64,000 nucleotides of DNA from Cyanidioschyzon merolae (taxonomy: Eukaryota): assembly GCA_000091205.1 (NCBI GenBank), contig AP006502.2; one strand, given 5' to 3'. Made by a program: the position numbers and the translations under genes. The number at the start of each line of letters is the position of its first letter. The stretch's first letter is position 1. The notes under the pieces are model-generated. The model was not told the origin of the DNA, did no database searches, and worked only from the letters and a program-made list of their open reading frames with translations. Of the stretch, positions 22,026-34,696 are shown piece by piece.

Positions 22026-23364
22026 ATTCTTTTCTGATGACAAAACGTTTACATCGACCATGGATCCGAGGATTCGGAAAGTATAATGGCTTTCGGGAAA
22101 GCGTCCATCATGAAGCATCTAGCTTCAAGTTCTATCACCCATACATGCTCTCTGATATACTGGTCGTTTCGTATGTTCTATAGTGCGCCGACTAGCTGTT
22201 TTGAGCACCCGCCGTAGCGCTTATATACCGCTGAAGCAGGTGCTGCACGGAGACAGAACGGCTTTGGCATACCGCTGAGGGCGTCGGCTCGAGGCGTGGT
22301 TCATCGGACACGGAGTCGGAGTACTTAATCATTCTAGGAGCCTGGAAGCTGCGCGGAGAGACGCACTGCCTGCGGCGGCACGGTGCGATATACTGGGCGT
22401 CCACTGCGACCAGGGCGACGCCCAGACGCAGCATACACGCTCCTAGTCCCAGATTGAATTGCATTGCGGACGAGTAGCTCAGGTTTCTTTAAAGAACCCG
22501 CCACTGAAGGAAGCATGAAGCACTAGCTAGCCCCGAAGACTCGTCCGGCTCGCGGGACCTTCCGCCTAGAAGGTAAACTTTCCAAGATACTGAAACTTTT
22601 CCCCATTTCAACGCTTACAATTAAGATCAAACGAAACTGTTATCGAGTTGCTAGTCAGTGCATAGTTTCTGTTTTTTTTTCGCATCGACGTCGATGCTCG
22701 GTGGATCAGGGCCTAGTTCCATTCAGCGGCAGCGACGGCGTGCCAGAATCCTGATGGAAGTGCTTTAAGAGGCTGCTTGTTTGAAGGTTAGCCTATTTGC
22801 GCTCGGGTCGCTGCTCTTTCTATATTGTCCGGGAAGAGTTCTTCGACAAGCATTGACCTTAGACGGCGAGAAGCAGCGCTTAGAGTCACAGCAAAGCTGC
22901 TTTCTGCGAAAACTGCGCGCAGGACAAGCGGTGACGCTTCCTTCGAGAGCGGCGCTCTTGGTTTTGGTGCGACAGGAACGGCTCGCAGTTCGGTAGACTT
23001 GGGTTTGGGTGGAGCTCGGAGATTTAAGGTGGTGCGCGAGATTGATAAGCGTAAACGAGTGGCGCGTTCCGCAACGTGCGATTCTTCGTGGCACCGAGGA
23101 GAACGCACGCATCCTCTAGCTTGAGCGTCACGCATTTTGTTTTGCTTACGTTGAGGCCTTCATAGATTGGTGGCGTCTTTGACAAGATCCGGGAATTTTT
23201 CGTTGCCCAGGGGCGAGATTTTTGAGACCAGGGGGTATCCCAGCCAAGTTACCGGAACTGCACCGCACTCGTGGCCGGTGTTCAACGAACGGCGATTTTG
23301 AGAGTCTTCTGAGCACGTATCCAGCGGATATAGTAGCGTTCACGAGACACGTACGTGCTTACCC

Positions 23365-25080
23365 GTGAACCCCTGTCGCCTCTCGAAGGGCATCATGGAG
23401 CATTCCGGCAGCCGGGCCCCGTTGGATCCTGAAGGCGCGGGTGCTCGAACACAGGACTCTTTTCGCGTCTTCTACAGCCAAGATGATGTGAATGGAGGCA
23501 AGCTGTACATAGGCGAAAAGCTCAAGTCCAAAGTTGTGCGTAAGCTTCACTCCCTGTCCATTGAGGAAGGAAACGCGCGAATAGCGGAGTCTTCAGACAG
23601 TGCATTGGAGGAAGGCACGTCCGATGCCTCTCGCGAGGGCTCTTTTGCGCCCTCTCCACGTGCGTCTTCTGCAAGAGCAGCTGAGACTGTAGAGTGCCCT
23701 AAGGTACTATCAGGAGAGAGCGCTCGGGATGTCGCCGCCCACAAGGACGAGCCAATGGTGTCGATAGCGGGGCCTCGTGACCACGCCTCTGCGGAAGCGA
23801 AATCGATCGATAACAGGACTTGGGGCGCAGCGCGGAGCTCAAAAGATCTCTCGTTAGATGATCCGATCAGACCCGTTGTATCTGCACATCCAGTGGAAGC
23901 GCATTCGGATCGACATACGTTTGCGTTCGAGAACTTGAGCAGTCGCCCGCACATCAGAGAGTCTCGTCCAAAGTTCATCTCGAAGTACGTACTTGGGGCT
24001 CGCCTTGGCGAGGGCGCCTACGCCAAAGTCAAGGAGGCCATGGATACGACCACGCTTAGAATCGTTGCTTGCAAAATTGTTGACAAACGCTTCCTACGCA
24101 AAGTGCGCGGTGGCCTCGAAAACGTCCGACGTGAGATCGCCATTATGCGGTCGCTGGATCATCCAAACATTGTGCGCTTGCTAGATGTTATTGATGGTGA
24201 GGATTCGATGAAACTCTACATATTCATGGAGCTCAGCAACGGATGCACTGTTCAGGAGCTCATGGAGCGTGCACCTCAAAAGCGGCTACCACCTGGACAA
24301 GCCCAGTCTTTTTTCGCGCAACTGATCGAAGGACTTGCATATATTCATTCTCGGAATATCGTGCACCGAGACATCAAACCCTCGAATCTTATGCTTGCCA
24401 CGGATGGTGTTCTGAAAATCGCGGACTTTGGTGTAGCCGAATTTCTCGACAAATTCGATGCCGAGGGGCGTATCACGAGGACCGTTGGCTCGCCTGCATT
24501 CCAGGCACCAGAGATTGCGCGGGGTAATGGCATGTTTCTGGGGCGAAAAGTCGACGCCTGGGCTGCCGGCGTCACGCTCTACATGATGCTTACTGGCGAG
24601 GCGCCTTTCAAAGGATCCAATCAGTTTGAACTCTTCCGCAATATAGGCCGGGGCGAGTTTCATATGCCATCTGATTTGATCGACGAGGAATGTCAGGATC
24701 TCTTGCGGAGACTCATGGAAGTGAATCCCGAAGTCCGGAGCACCGTCGACGACCTTCGTGATCACAACTGGTTGCGAAAACGCTACGACGATGAGCATGC
24801 ATGGATTCCGATTCCGCGACGTCATCCCAAAATCCTCGACATGGTCTCTCGCCTGTACGAAGACGATCCCGAGATGTCGACTCAGAGCACGAGTCCCATC
24901 GAGTCAGACGCCGAGAAGAGCAGCGTGCAACGAGCGCAAAGACCCACATCCATCGTCACCACCCAACTTGGTGATCGTCGGAGCATTACGAATGAGGGAG
25001 CAGCAGAACCTACTCTGGAACAGGGCGAATCCGGATCTCCTGGAGAGAGCTCATGGCGCAAACGATGTACTTTAATGTAG
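23365..25080 (+). CDS. STK11: Serine/threonine kinase LKB1/STK11 orthologue
   Basis: Kinase domain: YVLGARLGEGAYAKVKE..., HRDIKPSNLML, LKIADFGVAE, GSPAFQAPEIA, KVDAWAAGVTLY, LFRNIGRGEFHMP. The activation-segment and G-helix motifs are LKB1-specific and are not those of the fungal Sak1/Elm1/Tos3 kinases. Confidence 0.85.
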   Translation: MNPCRLSKGIMEHSGSRAPLDPEGAGARTQDSFRVFYSQDDVNGGKLYIGEKLKSKVVRKLHSLSIEEGNARIAESSDSALEEGTSDASREGSFAPSPRASSARAAETVECPKVLSGESARDVAAHKDEPMVSIAGPRDHASAEAKSIDNRTWGAARSSKDLSLDDPIRPVVSAHPVEAHSDRHTFAFENLSSRPHIRESRPKFISKYVLGARLGEGAYAKVKEAMDTTTLRIVACKIVDKRFLRKVRGGLENVRREIAIMRSLDHPNIVRLLDVIDGEDSMKLYIFMELSNGCTVQELMERAPQKRLPPGQAQSFFAQLIEGLAYIHSRNIVHRDIKPSNLMLATDGVLKIADFGVAEFLDKFDAEGRITRTVGSPAFQAPEIARGNGMFLGRKVDAWAAGVTLYMMLTGEAPFKGSNQFELFRNIGRGEFHMPSDLIDEECQDLLRRLMEVNPEVRSTVDDLRDHNWLRKRYDDEHAWIPIPRRHPKILDMVSRLYEDDPEMSTQSTSPIESDAEKSSVQRAQRPTSIVTTQLGDRRSITNEGAAEPTLEQGESGSPGESSWRKRCTLM

Positions 25081-25153
25081 GATGGGCGCGGTGTTCAGGA
25101 CGGGAAACGAATACTGCGCCAAAAGCGCCATGCTGCAAACCGACGGGGGTCGG

Positions 25154-26670
25154 TGTACTCAGTAACGTCCAATGGTGGAACTCCGTTGTCATCTACCGAT
25201 TGCCGACGAAAACCCTTCCCAGTGTATAAATACGGTGCTCCCTCGTTTCTGGATTGCTGAAACCGACCTCACCAATGACTTCATCCAGGAAATCATCCAA
25301 TATCCTGGCTCATGGCCACAGATGTTTCTCGACGAACGTCGATAGCGTTGCAGCACAACGCCAGTACCGCGTACGAAACGATTTGCCTGAAAGTTCGGTC
25401 GGCAGAAAGTCGCAGGACGCTCCGCAAGCACCAGATATTACCGAATGCCGATCGAGTCGCTCAAGTCTTAGTACACCGTGTGCTTGTGTACATTGCGGGG
25501 TGTGGCGTATCACAGCAAAGCAGGCGCTCAGCTTGGATTGCCTCGCCATCTGGTGTTCGGTCTGCTTGCCATACGCCATGCTGCGCATCCGGCACGGAGT
25601 TGCGCTGCTCTTGTTCTCTACCAGTTTCAGCAAGCACCCGTGCTCGTGATGTGTGGATGTCGTCCTGAGCGCATCGATGGGAGTGTTCCAGGGTCCATTC
25701 TCGCACACGTTGGACGCCCTCGTTGAAGGGGCAGGAATGCAGGTGCTGTTCGCTACCGGACGTGTATCGCGCTGGACTCGCGCCAAACGACCCGACTTGT
25801 CAGCCGTTTCCATTGCCGCCCTGTAAACGAGGAACCTCCGGTGAGACGCGTAAATGCACTTCGTAAAGTCGCTCGAGTGCTTCGCGCTTGCTCACAAACA
25901 CCAGCTGCAGCTCGCCAAGGAGCCCGCGCACCACACTACACATGTGTCTCCGTGCATCTCGTGGATCTACGTGTAACATACGCGCACGATACCCAGTAGA
26001 CGCGGGACGAGCAAGAACGGTCGGCTTCGGCGGCGGGCGCTGCGTCGCTCTGGAGGGATCAGCTCAGGGTCGCTCTCGCAGGTGTCTTGCCTGCGAGCGG
26101 CGGAGTCCCTCTTTAGTGAGTACCCGTGTATCGGCGTATCAGTTCTCTCCCGAGTGAGGTCTTGTCGAGTGCGAGAAACATCCGTTCGTGGTGTAGCACA
26201 GGCTGGCCATTCCGGCACGGAATCCTCAGCATATGGATCAATGCGGGACGGTCTCGAGTAGAGGCATGCGTTTCTCGTTGTCCAACCGCGTCTCTTCATC
26301 AGCGTTTGCATCAGCCATGCGAAAGCTGTGCTTTCTTTGGTCTCTTCTATGGTATTTCTCGGAAACGTGTGTTATGAAATGAATCGACGAGGAGGTAGTC
26401 GTTCAGCTAGAAATTCAAAAATTCTGTTTTCGGTGCTCGACATTCAACATAAGGCGTAGGCGGTGTGATGCCCATGGACCGTCTGCGTGCAGGACACTTG
26501 ACTTGCAGAGGTAAACCCATTTTCGAAAGCGAAAGCGGCAGAATCAAGTCTTTCCGCGAACATTCTCTAGTCGGCAGCACATATTTCTTTTATTGCATAC
26601 TTGCGAGAAAAACTAGCGAATAGGCGGGTTGGTACAAGTGCTCCAGAATTCACTGCTCCATGTGTAACCA
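25154..26670. repeat. Copy 2 of the 1,517-bp direct repeat (R). Begins 74 bp after the LKB1 stop codon
   Basis: See copy 1. Identity about 99.6 %. Confidence 0.85.
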
Positions 26671-27619
26671 TTGCACTCAGTGCACTAGCTCAGCGACGGT
26701 GCCAGTGCAGCGAGTCGGCTCGGGACGCGACGCTGAACGGTAGACACTTGAGCAGCAGCGGCTGGTGGTGGTAAGCGCCTGTTCAAACCTTTTACGTGGT
26801 CCCTGCTCAATGAGAAGTGCTAGGCAGGCTCAATTGTCATCTTGAAGGACGCAGCAGCGGTGAAAGACACCGCATTTGATTTTGAGGATTGATGCTTTGT
26901 CACGGCGGCACATGGAACGTGCCCACAATCCTGGTGCTTTCAACGACCGCTGACGTGTGATGCAGCGAAGTTGCAAGGTCTGTGGAAAGCAGCCAGGGCG
27001 ACGTGCCCAGCGCTGTAGCGTGTACCGGGCGTGATGACGGCTTCTGCTGGGTCATTGCTTCTAATAGACCTCCATTCCTCGGGTAAGCGCGACATCGTAA
27101 CCTCCAGCACCTGGAAACGTCCGCGGAATCTGTTTTACTCCATGGTGCAGCTTCAGGGAAACTACCCTGGAACTCCGACAAGTCGTTTGTTTTCGGCAAC
27201 TGGAAGAGTAGCCACTACTCCACTCTTAACCCGTGGCGTTGCCCGAACCTCGTGCCAGACTCGTCTCTGGGGTTCCCGGTTCGTTCCCACGAGCAGCCGC
27301 GTGCCGACTCCACTGAGGGCGCCAGCTAAGACACCTACAGGGCCACGACAGGTATCGTACGGAGACAGAACGACTCTACCGTCTACTTTTGGGCGTCTTC
27401 GCGGGGTGCGCAAGCGGAGGTACCCTTTGCAACGATGCAGCGGGCTGTATCCTTACACTCGCGAGAGTCCGAGTCACAGGCCCGCCGAACGTTCCCGGTG
27501 GCTTAAACTCGCTCTTCTGACTCGGCTGCGTTCAAGTGAGACAAATCCTATCAAGGCGCATACAGCAGGAATGCATGGCTTTAGGATGAAGCGCGTGGCT
27601 ACTTTTTGGAAATCGCTAG

Positions 27620-29128
27620 CTAAACTTCAGGCTCTGACTTGGTGCTCAGAACACGGGTCTCCTCATCCTGTGCAGCGGTTGCTGGTCGATCTGCGGTGGA
27701 AAGCGCCGCGGAGCTGCTGCCCCGCTCCAACTTTCTGGATGCAAAATTCTTGAAGGGGTTCGCTGGCGAGTTCTCATCAAATGGTTCCACGTCATCCTGG
27801 AGATCTTTGTCTTTCAGAGGCGGATATTGGGAAAAGTCAAGCGGGTCTCGCAGCTTCGGTATGATCGGTGGCGTCTCATTGCGAATAAGATTGAAATCGA
27901 TTTTCCGAAACCACGGATGGCGCTTAATGTCGCTGGCCCCGTTCTCATGTCCGAGTCTTTTGGATGCATCTCGCTTCAGCAGACGTTTGATGAGATTTTT
28001 GCACTCCGGTGAAAGGTGTAGAGATTCATCGAAGCGAATGTTTCCGTGTACAATATTATTGAAAGTTTCATCCTGGTAGGAGCCTTTGAATGGTGTCGTT
28101 CCCGTCAACATCTCGTAGAGAAGAATACCAAACGTCCACCAGTCGACATCGCTCGTATGCCCAACGCCCTGAATAACTTCCGGCGCAATGTACTCCTCGG
28201 TGCCCACGAAGGAATTTGTTGCGTACGGGAGGACAGGCTCAGAATCGACGATCTCAAGATCCTTGAGGTTGCTCCGAGACCCGCGGTTTCCCGAGATCGC
28301 GCCTTTCATGCGATCCAAGAACGAAATCTGATGTTTGATGACACGAGGTGAAACAGGATGCGCCTGCTTGCTCAGATCAAAGTCCGTGAGGGCGATATGT
28401 CCATCAGCGCGCATGAGGATGTTTTCCGGTTTCAGATCTCGGTATATGAAGCCCATGTGATGTAAGTATTCCAGCGCGAGCAGGACCTCAGCCGCGTAGA
28501 AGCGCACGGCATCCTCAGGCAAGCGTTTGTTCGGTTGTCGTTGTAGCACTCGAAAGAATTCTCCCCCTGCGCAGTATTCCATGATGAAATACAGTCGATC
28601 CTTTGTTTGGAAAGATGCATACATCGTAACGATGAATGGATGGTGGGCTGTCGCGAGAATCTCGCGTTCAGTCAAAACGCGCTTCACTTTGTTACGCGCG
28701 ATCATCTCCTCTTTCGTCAGAACCTTCATCGCGTAGAGCTTGGTGGTGCCTTTCAACAGGACAAGATATACTCGGCCAACATCACCCTTCCCAAGTAACT
28801 TCAATTTCTGAAACAAGTGCGGGCCTATCGGTCCGCTAACCGGAAATTCTGGGGTCGGCTGCGCCGCTGACGCAGCCAGCACGTTCTGGTTCTTCCCCGT
28901 TGAGACAACAGCCCCATTCTCTTCAACACTATGCGATGGAGGTGCAGCTGGTGACGGCGAACGTTTTGTTTGAGCGTCAACCTCGGTCAGCGACAAATTC
29001 CGCGCCTCAGTCGTCAAACTCGAAACGTTTTCACCTAGGCCCCCGGGCATTTGTTCTGATAGCTTGAGTGTTCTCGAACGAACGCGTCGCACAACGACCA
29101 GAGCGTAGACTGGAACGGAGCTGCTCAC
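27620..29128 (-). CDS. AGC-family protein kinase, AGC-VIII / Fpk1-Kin82 / phototropin-kinase-like (activation-loop insertion)
   Basis: GFIYRDLKPENILM, LTDFDLSKQ followed by a ~45-aa insert before SFVGTEEYIAPEV, and a C-terminal AGC tail (FD...F). Confidence 0.85.
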   Translation of the reverse strand: MSSSVPVYALVVVRRVRSRTLKLSEQMPGGLGENVSSLTTEARNLSLTEVDAQTKRSPSPAAPPSHSVEENGAVVSTGKNQNVLAASAAQPTPEFPVSGPIGPHLFQKLKLLGKGDVGRVYLVLLKGTTKLYAMKVLTKEEMIARNKVKRVLTEREILATAHHPFIVTMYASFQTKDRLYFIMEYCAGGEFFRVLQRQPNKRLPEDAVRFYAAEVLLALEYLHHMGFIYRDLKPENILMRADGHIALTDFDLSKQAHPVSPRVIKHQISFLDRMKGAISGNRGSRSNLKDLEIVDSEPVLPYATNSFVGTEEYIAPEVIQGVGHTSDVDWWTFGILLYEMLTGTTPFKGSYQDETFNNIVHGNIRFDESLHLSPECKNLIKRLLKRDASKRLGHENGASDIKRHPWFRKIDFNLIRNETPPIIPKLRDPLDFSQYPPLKDKDLQDDVEPFDENSPANPFKNFASRKLERGSSSAALSTADRPATAAQDEETRVLSTKSEPEV

Positions 29129-32100
29129 GCAGACACACCCTTCTCCGGGTTTGCGCTGTGCGTAAGTCTCCTATCGACAAGGTAAGCGCGTTTGAAAAAC
29201 CCGCTGTACGCCCTTCTGAAGTCAACTTTTCGAATGAAGACCCAAGGGGCTTGTAAAAAAACTGGCAGTACGGCTCGTGGTGCGATTGCTGTGCTGCCCC
29301 AAAGCTCTGGCAAGCAGCTCTGCCGCGAGTGCTCGCTGCCTACAGTCTGCCTTTTAAGTGACACCACACTCGACGACTGCTGATGCCAGTCTGCTTCCTC
29401 TGAAGACCTTCAAAGGCTTACCACAAGTGTTATCGTCTAAACGCTCCCAGTGTGTGGACGCTGAGGTGCCTCAGAGTATGCGGCGAAAACTCGCCCACAA
29501 CACGTCAAACATTCGAAGCGCATACCGCGGGATACTCGATGGTGCGTTCATGAGGCCGATTCGCTGCGCAGCGCGCGGCTGCCGCGGGCCTCAGACGCCA
29601 ACGATCTCAAATTGCGACGGTGATGGCGTGCGCGTCTGCCCGAGGTGCGCGCAACAGTCGCTGGCAATGATGCGGAGTTCTTCGGGATTGGGCTGGTGCG
29701 GAGGCCGCAGCTGGAGGCGGCCAGCGTAAGGATCAGATCCTCTGCACAACGGACTATGAAACGTATTGGGGCCGCGCCCCAGGTCAGATACCTCTGTGAT
29801 AGACATCGAGGTAACGCGCTCCACTGCATGAGTATTGGAACAGAGATTCCACGCATGAACCAGGGTAGCATCTGTACGTAGGGGGCATAGCTGAATCGAA
29901 CAAGCTCATGATCTTCGATGGAGCACTACTCCAGAACGGATAGAGCCTGCAACAGCCAGCAGTGAAACAGAGACCTTCTACCTGGTTCCTGGAGGCTTCC
30001 GCTGCTCGAAACAATCCTGACTTGATATAGGGTCCTGGAATGTGAAAATTTCCTGCTTCAGCGATAGCAGGGATATGAGGCGGTTGCATGCGCCGCCCCT
30101 GACGTTGAGAATCTTGTAACACGGGGCGCGTCGCTTCCTGCGAATCATGGCAGTGGCTCCACGGATGAGGCTATCTCGGCCAGCTTGGCTGCGATCTCGT
30201 GCTGATTTCGCTGCAATTGTCTCGCGTTCCCGGCTCGAATGCTTCCTCAGGCAATGGCGGGGGTCTCTCACCGCCCCAAGGGCCGTCCATGGAATCCCAC
30301 TCGTGCGATCTGGTTGAAAACGTTCCATATATAAATACAATGGAGCTTTCGAATTTCTGGTACACACTGTTTGTCGGAAATAAGCTCGTGATGCGGGCTT
30401 CCTCTCGTTCGCATTGTCGTCCACGTGACCGAGTAAACATCTAAAGCGATCAACTCGAACTGAGTCTCATGGAGCGATCCACGGTGCGCTGCATTATGCG
30501 TCCTGCGACCAACGCAGACCGCAGTATCCGCGAGGCAGCAATTGCAGATCCTAGTGACCGTGGAGCGCCTCGGCCAGACGCAAACACTGCGTCTCTGACA
30601 TTAGCGTCGTGCCGGGTGTTCTGTCAAGCAAAATTGTCCAGTGAGTTTACTACCATAGCATTCGGGGTAACAGTCTAGACTTCGTGTTGAAGGACGTTCA
30701 ATTGCCACGGCCGACTGTGAGTACTCCAACGAACAGGCTATTCGTCGCGAGGATGAGGTGCCCAGCGATTGCTGTACGATCTGTTCGTTCTATTCGCTTG
30801 GCTCGAGCCAATAGACCTATTGCGGGCAAAAAGGGCTCAAACCCATCGAAGCCAGGATCCTTTATGGAAACTCTAAACGCTACCTATTAGAACGGTATCT
30901 CTGTATTCAGCAGGGAAGCTGAAAATGAACAGGCTCAAGCGGCTGCACGAGAGCTGCCGCTGATCAGCGCTCATACACCACCTGCTTGGCGACCGAGGCC
31001 ACTTGTTACAGCCTGTCCAGTATCCCTGTAAGGAACAGAGGCCCAGTCCGGTAGACCTGCGAATTCGTACGGATATCCGCCGGTTGCGACGCATCCCAAC
31101 GGACATCTGGTCGAAGATCCCACAGACAGGGATCCCCTGGCTCGTATAAACGATCCTAAACCCAAAACATTCATGTTCAAACCCGAATTCGATGCTTTCG
31201 CAAAAAAACGCTTTTCTCAGAAAAGAACATTATCGACAAGTACCTGCCAGATTGATTTGATGGACAGAGCAGTTGCACTCACCATAGACACCTGATTGCT
31301 TGATTGATATCGGCATCTTGGAGAGCGTTTATCATGTTTCATCCTACCTCCGGGTTTTACCAGCTACCACAGGTACCTCCCTTGCGAGACAGCGGCCATT
31401 TCGTACGATCCACTCAGCGCGAAGCCTGCTACGGGCGTCCACAGTGGCGCCCACAGCGCCGGCGCGGATGCAGGACGGAGTCAGAACGCCTTTACCACAC
31501 CACTGGAGAAATCAGCTCGAAATGTGATTCACTCGTCACAGGGTCGGGACGCGTGGATATTCTGGGATATAGTAGACCGCTCAGACAGACCTACTGCTGG
31601 CACTGGCGCGAAACGAATCTCCAGGAGACCGTATCGACCAGGGCGGGGCCGAGACGCAGGCCGCCCTCTCCGGCTACAGAAGAGACTCTATTGCGGAGAG
31701 GTTGCTCCGGATTTGCCACAGCTTTCGGTACTGGAGGCGCACGGTGCTCCATTCTGCATACTCCTCCAACTGGCAGGATCTTTGTCCTAGACAGTAACCC
31801 TCCGAATGTACATAAATCATTCCTCGGTTCATCTCTTGCCTGGGACGCGGGGAACATCGATGAACTACTTGCCAGCTAGCACACAGTTTCTTTTGCCATT
31901 TTCTTTCTAGCTGCTGTCCAGTGGTTAGGTTCTCTCCCTAAAACGAGCCCATAGCGGACGACGCGGCACCGAGTACAGCTGCATCGGACGCGTCTCGCTA
32001 CACTCCTGTCAGGCAAAATTTGCACGATTCCTCTCACGTATCTGGGATATGCACACTAAAGCTTGGACCTCGCTCGTGTCGTCAAAACCAGCCTACGCAA

Positions 32101-33535
32101 ACTTTTCTGCGACTGCCTCCTTTTCCTCTCTTATCTATACATTTAAATAGGCTGCGCTCTCCGTTCCAGGCAGCTTCGTTGCCTGCAGTCGAAGGATATC
32201 AGTGGCAGGGATGAAGTCTCGATCAAGTTTTAACGGACTGTTGCGAATGCATTTCAACCACGGACGGATGTTGCGATCCATGCCTCTCTTGTCATTTCCA
32301 TCTTACTTGCGGACAACTTCGGTGCGCCCTTCGCTGATCCGACACTGGGCTGAGGTCAAGTGTGCCCACATGTCTATCGCAACGCCCCCTCCGAGGTGGC
32401 ACTGTGGTGCAAAAGCCCTTGCCTCATGGCACGGTGCATGCCCTTGATGGCTACAGAACGCACTCCTCGATGCCCGTCTACGTCTCCGTCTGTTGTGCCG
32501 TGCCCGATGACCACGGGCTTGTTCTGAGCGATCCCATATGCGAGTAGGCTGTCCGCTGCGTGGGCAAATACACTCTGTTCCATTCGATTGAGGACTTAGG
32601 AAAAGCGGTTTTGTTCATGGCGGAACAATTTCAGGAAGCAGTATCAAGACTGTAAAACGAGTCGAAAAAATTTCCTTCCGCGGACGATCCCTGCGTGCAA
32701 AGCGGTAACACACGCACCACGGGAAGGGATCTATGTAAAAACTCAGGCCCTAGTCAAAGAAATGTAACATGCTAATAGAAGAGAAGAAAGGATCGACGAG
32801 TGTATCCCGAATGAGATATCGTGCTGGTAGCGATCGCTATTTCGTTGATATCCAAACAAGAAAGCCAGACAAGTCTTTCGAAAGGAATCGATTATTTGAA
32901 CGGAGAATTTCGGTGAAGTTCCGGCACCGACTTGTGAACAATTCGCCAAGAGACGACGTCAATTTTTTTCCCCATAAATCCGTTTCCAAGAATAGGCACG
33001 CTCGTGAGTTACCCAGAAACAGAAAGATCGACAATTTGACGCATGCGTTCTTGGAGTATGCAACACTTCAGGAAAGGATACGAGTCGTGGCTTGTACGTA
33101 CGAATTGCATAGAGATACCGTTCGGTTTCCGAGCTCTTGCTCGAGAGTGTCGCGAATCATCTCGATTTCGATATCGTTATGAACTCTAGCGGTAAAGAGT
33201 CGAGGGGGGCAACGCTGAGAAGACCTCCACCGAGCACATCCTCGATGGACGTATGCGTCCATGCACCCTTTATTGCTGTACATATACGGAAAAATATGAA
33301 AAAATCACACAGCAGCAAGATCGAACACTTCAGCGCTCCACATTCATCGGAGACGCTCCGATGGCGCCACGTGTCTGATACGCAACACGCGGCGCCCTAG
33401 GCTCCGCACGAGTCGGGCGCCCACAACCGTTCGTCCAGCGTTCGATTTGAGCGCTTTGTCGCCGCTGCATTCTGCTATTAGGACGCTACTTGTTCGACTT
33501 TTCGTTTTTGAGACTGCAACGAGCCGGGTTGTTCC

Positions 33536-34696
33536 ATGTTTGCGACGTTCGGGTGCAAAGTGTTGAAATCCGGCTGCTTTCTTCACCTTCGCCTCATAGT
33601 GAGGCCAAGGAGGACCCGGCCTACAACCCGCTTTCGGACTGCAGTGCCAGCCGCTTGCGACGCCCGTTCGGTCCGAACCGTAAGTGTTGCTGGGAAATCA
33701 GACGAAGCACAGCGCTCGAATAAAATCGTACTTGATTATGTTCACGTTCCACCGAAGATCGATCGGGTAAACGAAGCCAACTTGCCGCCGATCATATTTT
33801 TGCATGGATTGCTCGCTAGCTGGAGAACGTACCGTTCTGTCTTGCAACGGCCTGATCTCGCACCTGATCGCAGCATCTATGCACTTGACCTCCGAAATCA
33901 TGGATCGAGTCCGCACAGCGAGGAAATGAGCTACGATTCAATGATCGGCGATTTGTTAGCTTTTATGACGACCCAGAACATTTCGCGCGCCTGTCTGATG
34001 GGACACAGTATGGGCGGCAAGCTGGCGATGGCCGCTGCGCTTGCGCATCCTCATGTCGTGTCAGAGCTCATTGTTATGGATGCAGCACCTGTTGTCTATA
34101 AGGACCACTCTTGGCAAATGGCGGAAGTCTCCGAGGACTCGCCCCAGGCTGTCGTTCAGGCTATTGCGAAACTAAATCCGATCCCAGCCCATATGCGAAC
34201 GCGACGGGATCTGGAGGAGGCACTTCGCAACCTGGGAATTCGCAGCCACGACGTACGACAGTTTGCGCTGACCAACCTGGTTCGAAGAGGCAACGTGGAC
34301 CAAGAAATGGCTTGGCGAGTGAATATTTCCGCAATTGCGCGGAACATGGCAGAGATCATGGGTCTTCCCAAGTGGATGCAGGAGGCGAGCAGGCAACCCA
34401 CAGACACTGCGGGCCATTCCTTCACCCAAAAGGATGCAGAAACTAAGCATGCAGTTGTATACCGCGGCCCAACGTTATTTATTCGCGGTTCGCGTAGCGC
34501 TTATGTCCAAGATGCACACTGGCCTGTCATTCGCCGTCTCTTTCCCAACGCATCGCTCGTAACAATCGATGGCGCGGGCCACTGGTTACAGAGCGAGAAA
34601 CCAGACGAATTCACCCGAATTGTGAACGCGTTTCTGAATCGCAGCACGACCTCTGTACGTGCTTCGGAGTCTCCTGCACATGAGCCAGTCTACTGA
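33536..34696 (+). CDS. Alpha/beta-hydrolase, ABHD11/IMO32-like, with an Arg-rich presequence (probably mitochondrial)
   Basis: PIIFLHGLLASWRTY...GHSMGGKLAMAAALAHP nucleophile-elbow motif, and a C-terminal His motif GAGHWLQSEKPDEF. The N-terminus is rich in R/T/S. Confidence 0.75.
   Translation: MFATFGCKVLKSGCFLHLRLIVRPRRTRPTTRFRTAVPAACDARSVRTVSVAGKSDEAQRSNKIVLDYVHVPPKIDRVNEANLPPIIFLHGLLASWRTYRSVLQRPDLAPDRSIYALDLRNHGSSPHSEEMSYDSMIGDLLAFMTTQNISRACLMGHSMGGKLAMAAALAHPHVVSELIVMDAAPVVYKDHSWQMAEVSEDSPQAVVQAIAKLNPIPAHMRTRRDLEEALRNLGIRSHDVRQFALTNLVRRGNVDQEMAWRVNISAIARNMAEIMGLPKWMQEASRQPTDTAGHSFTQKDAETKHAVVYRGPTLFIRGSRSAYVQDAHWPVIRRLFPNASLVTIDGAGHWLQSEKPDEFTRIVNAFLNRSTTSVRASESPAHEPVY

Noticed and set aside
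20509-26670. LTR-retrotransposon interpretation of the two 1.5-kb direct repeats (the copies do begin with TG and end with CA)
   Set aside because: No target-site duplication in the flanks (acgtt versus ttgca). No tRNA primer-binding site after the 5' copy. No polypurine tract before the 3' copy. The internal region encodes a host LKB1 kinase rather than gag/pol, and the repeat ORFs have no domains. A segmental or tandem duplication or a recombination substrate fits better.
31304-31879. 191-aa + strand ORF in the 29-33 kb gene-poor interval
   Set aside because: Arg/Trp/Cys-rich and not protein-like. No support from neighbouring frames.
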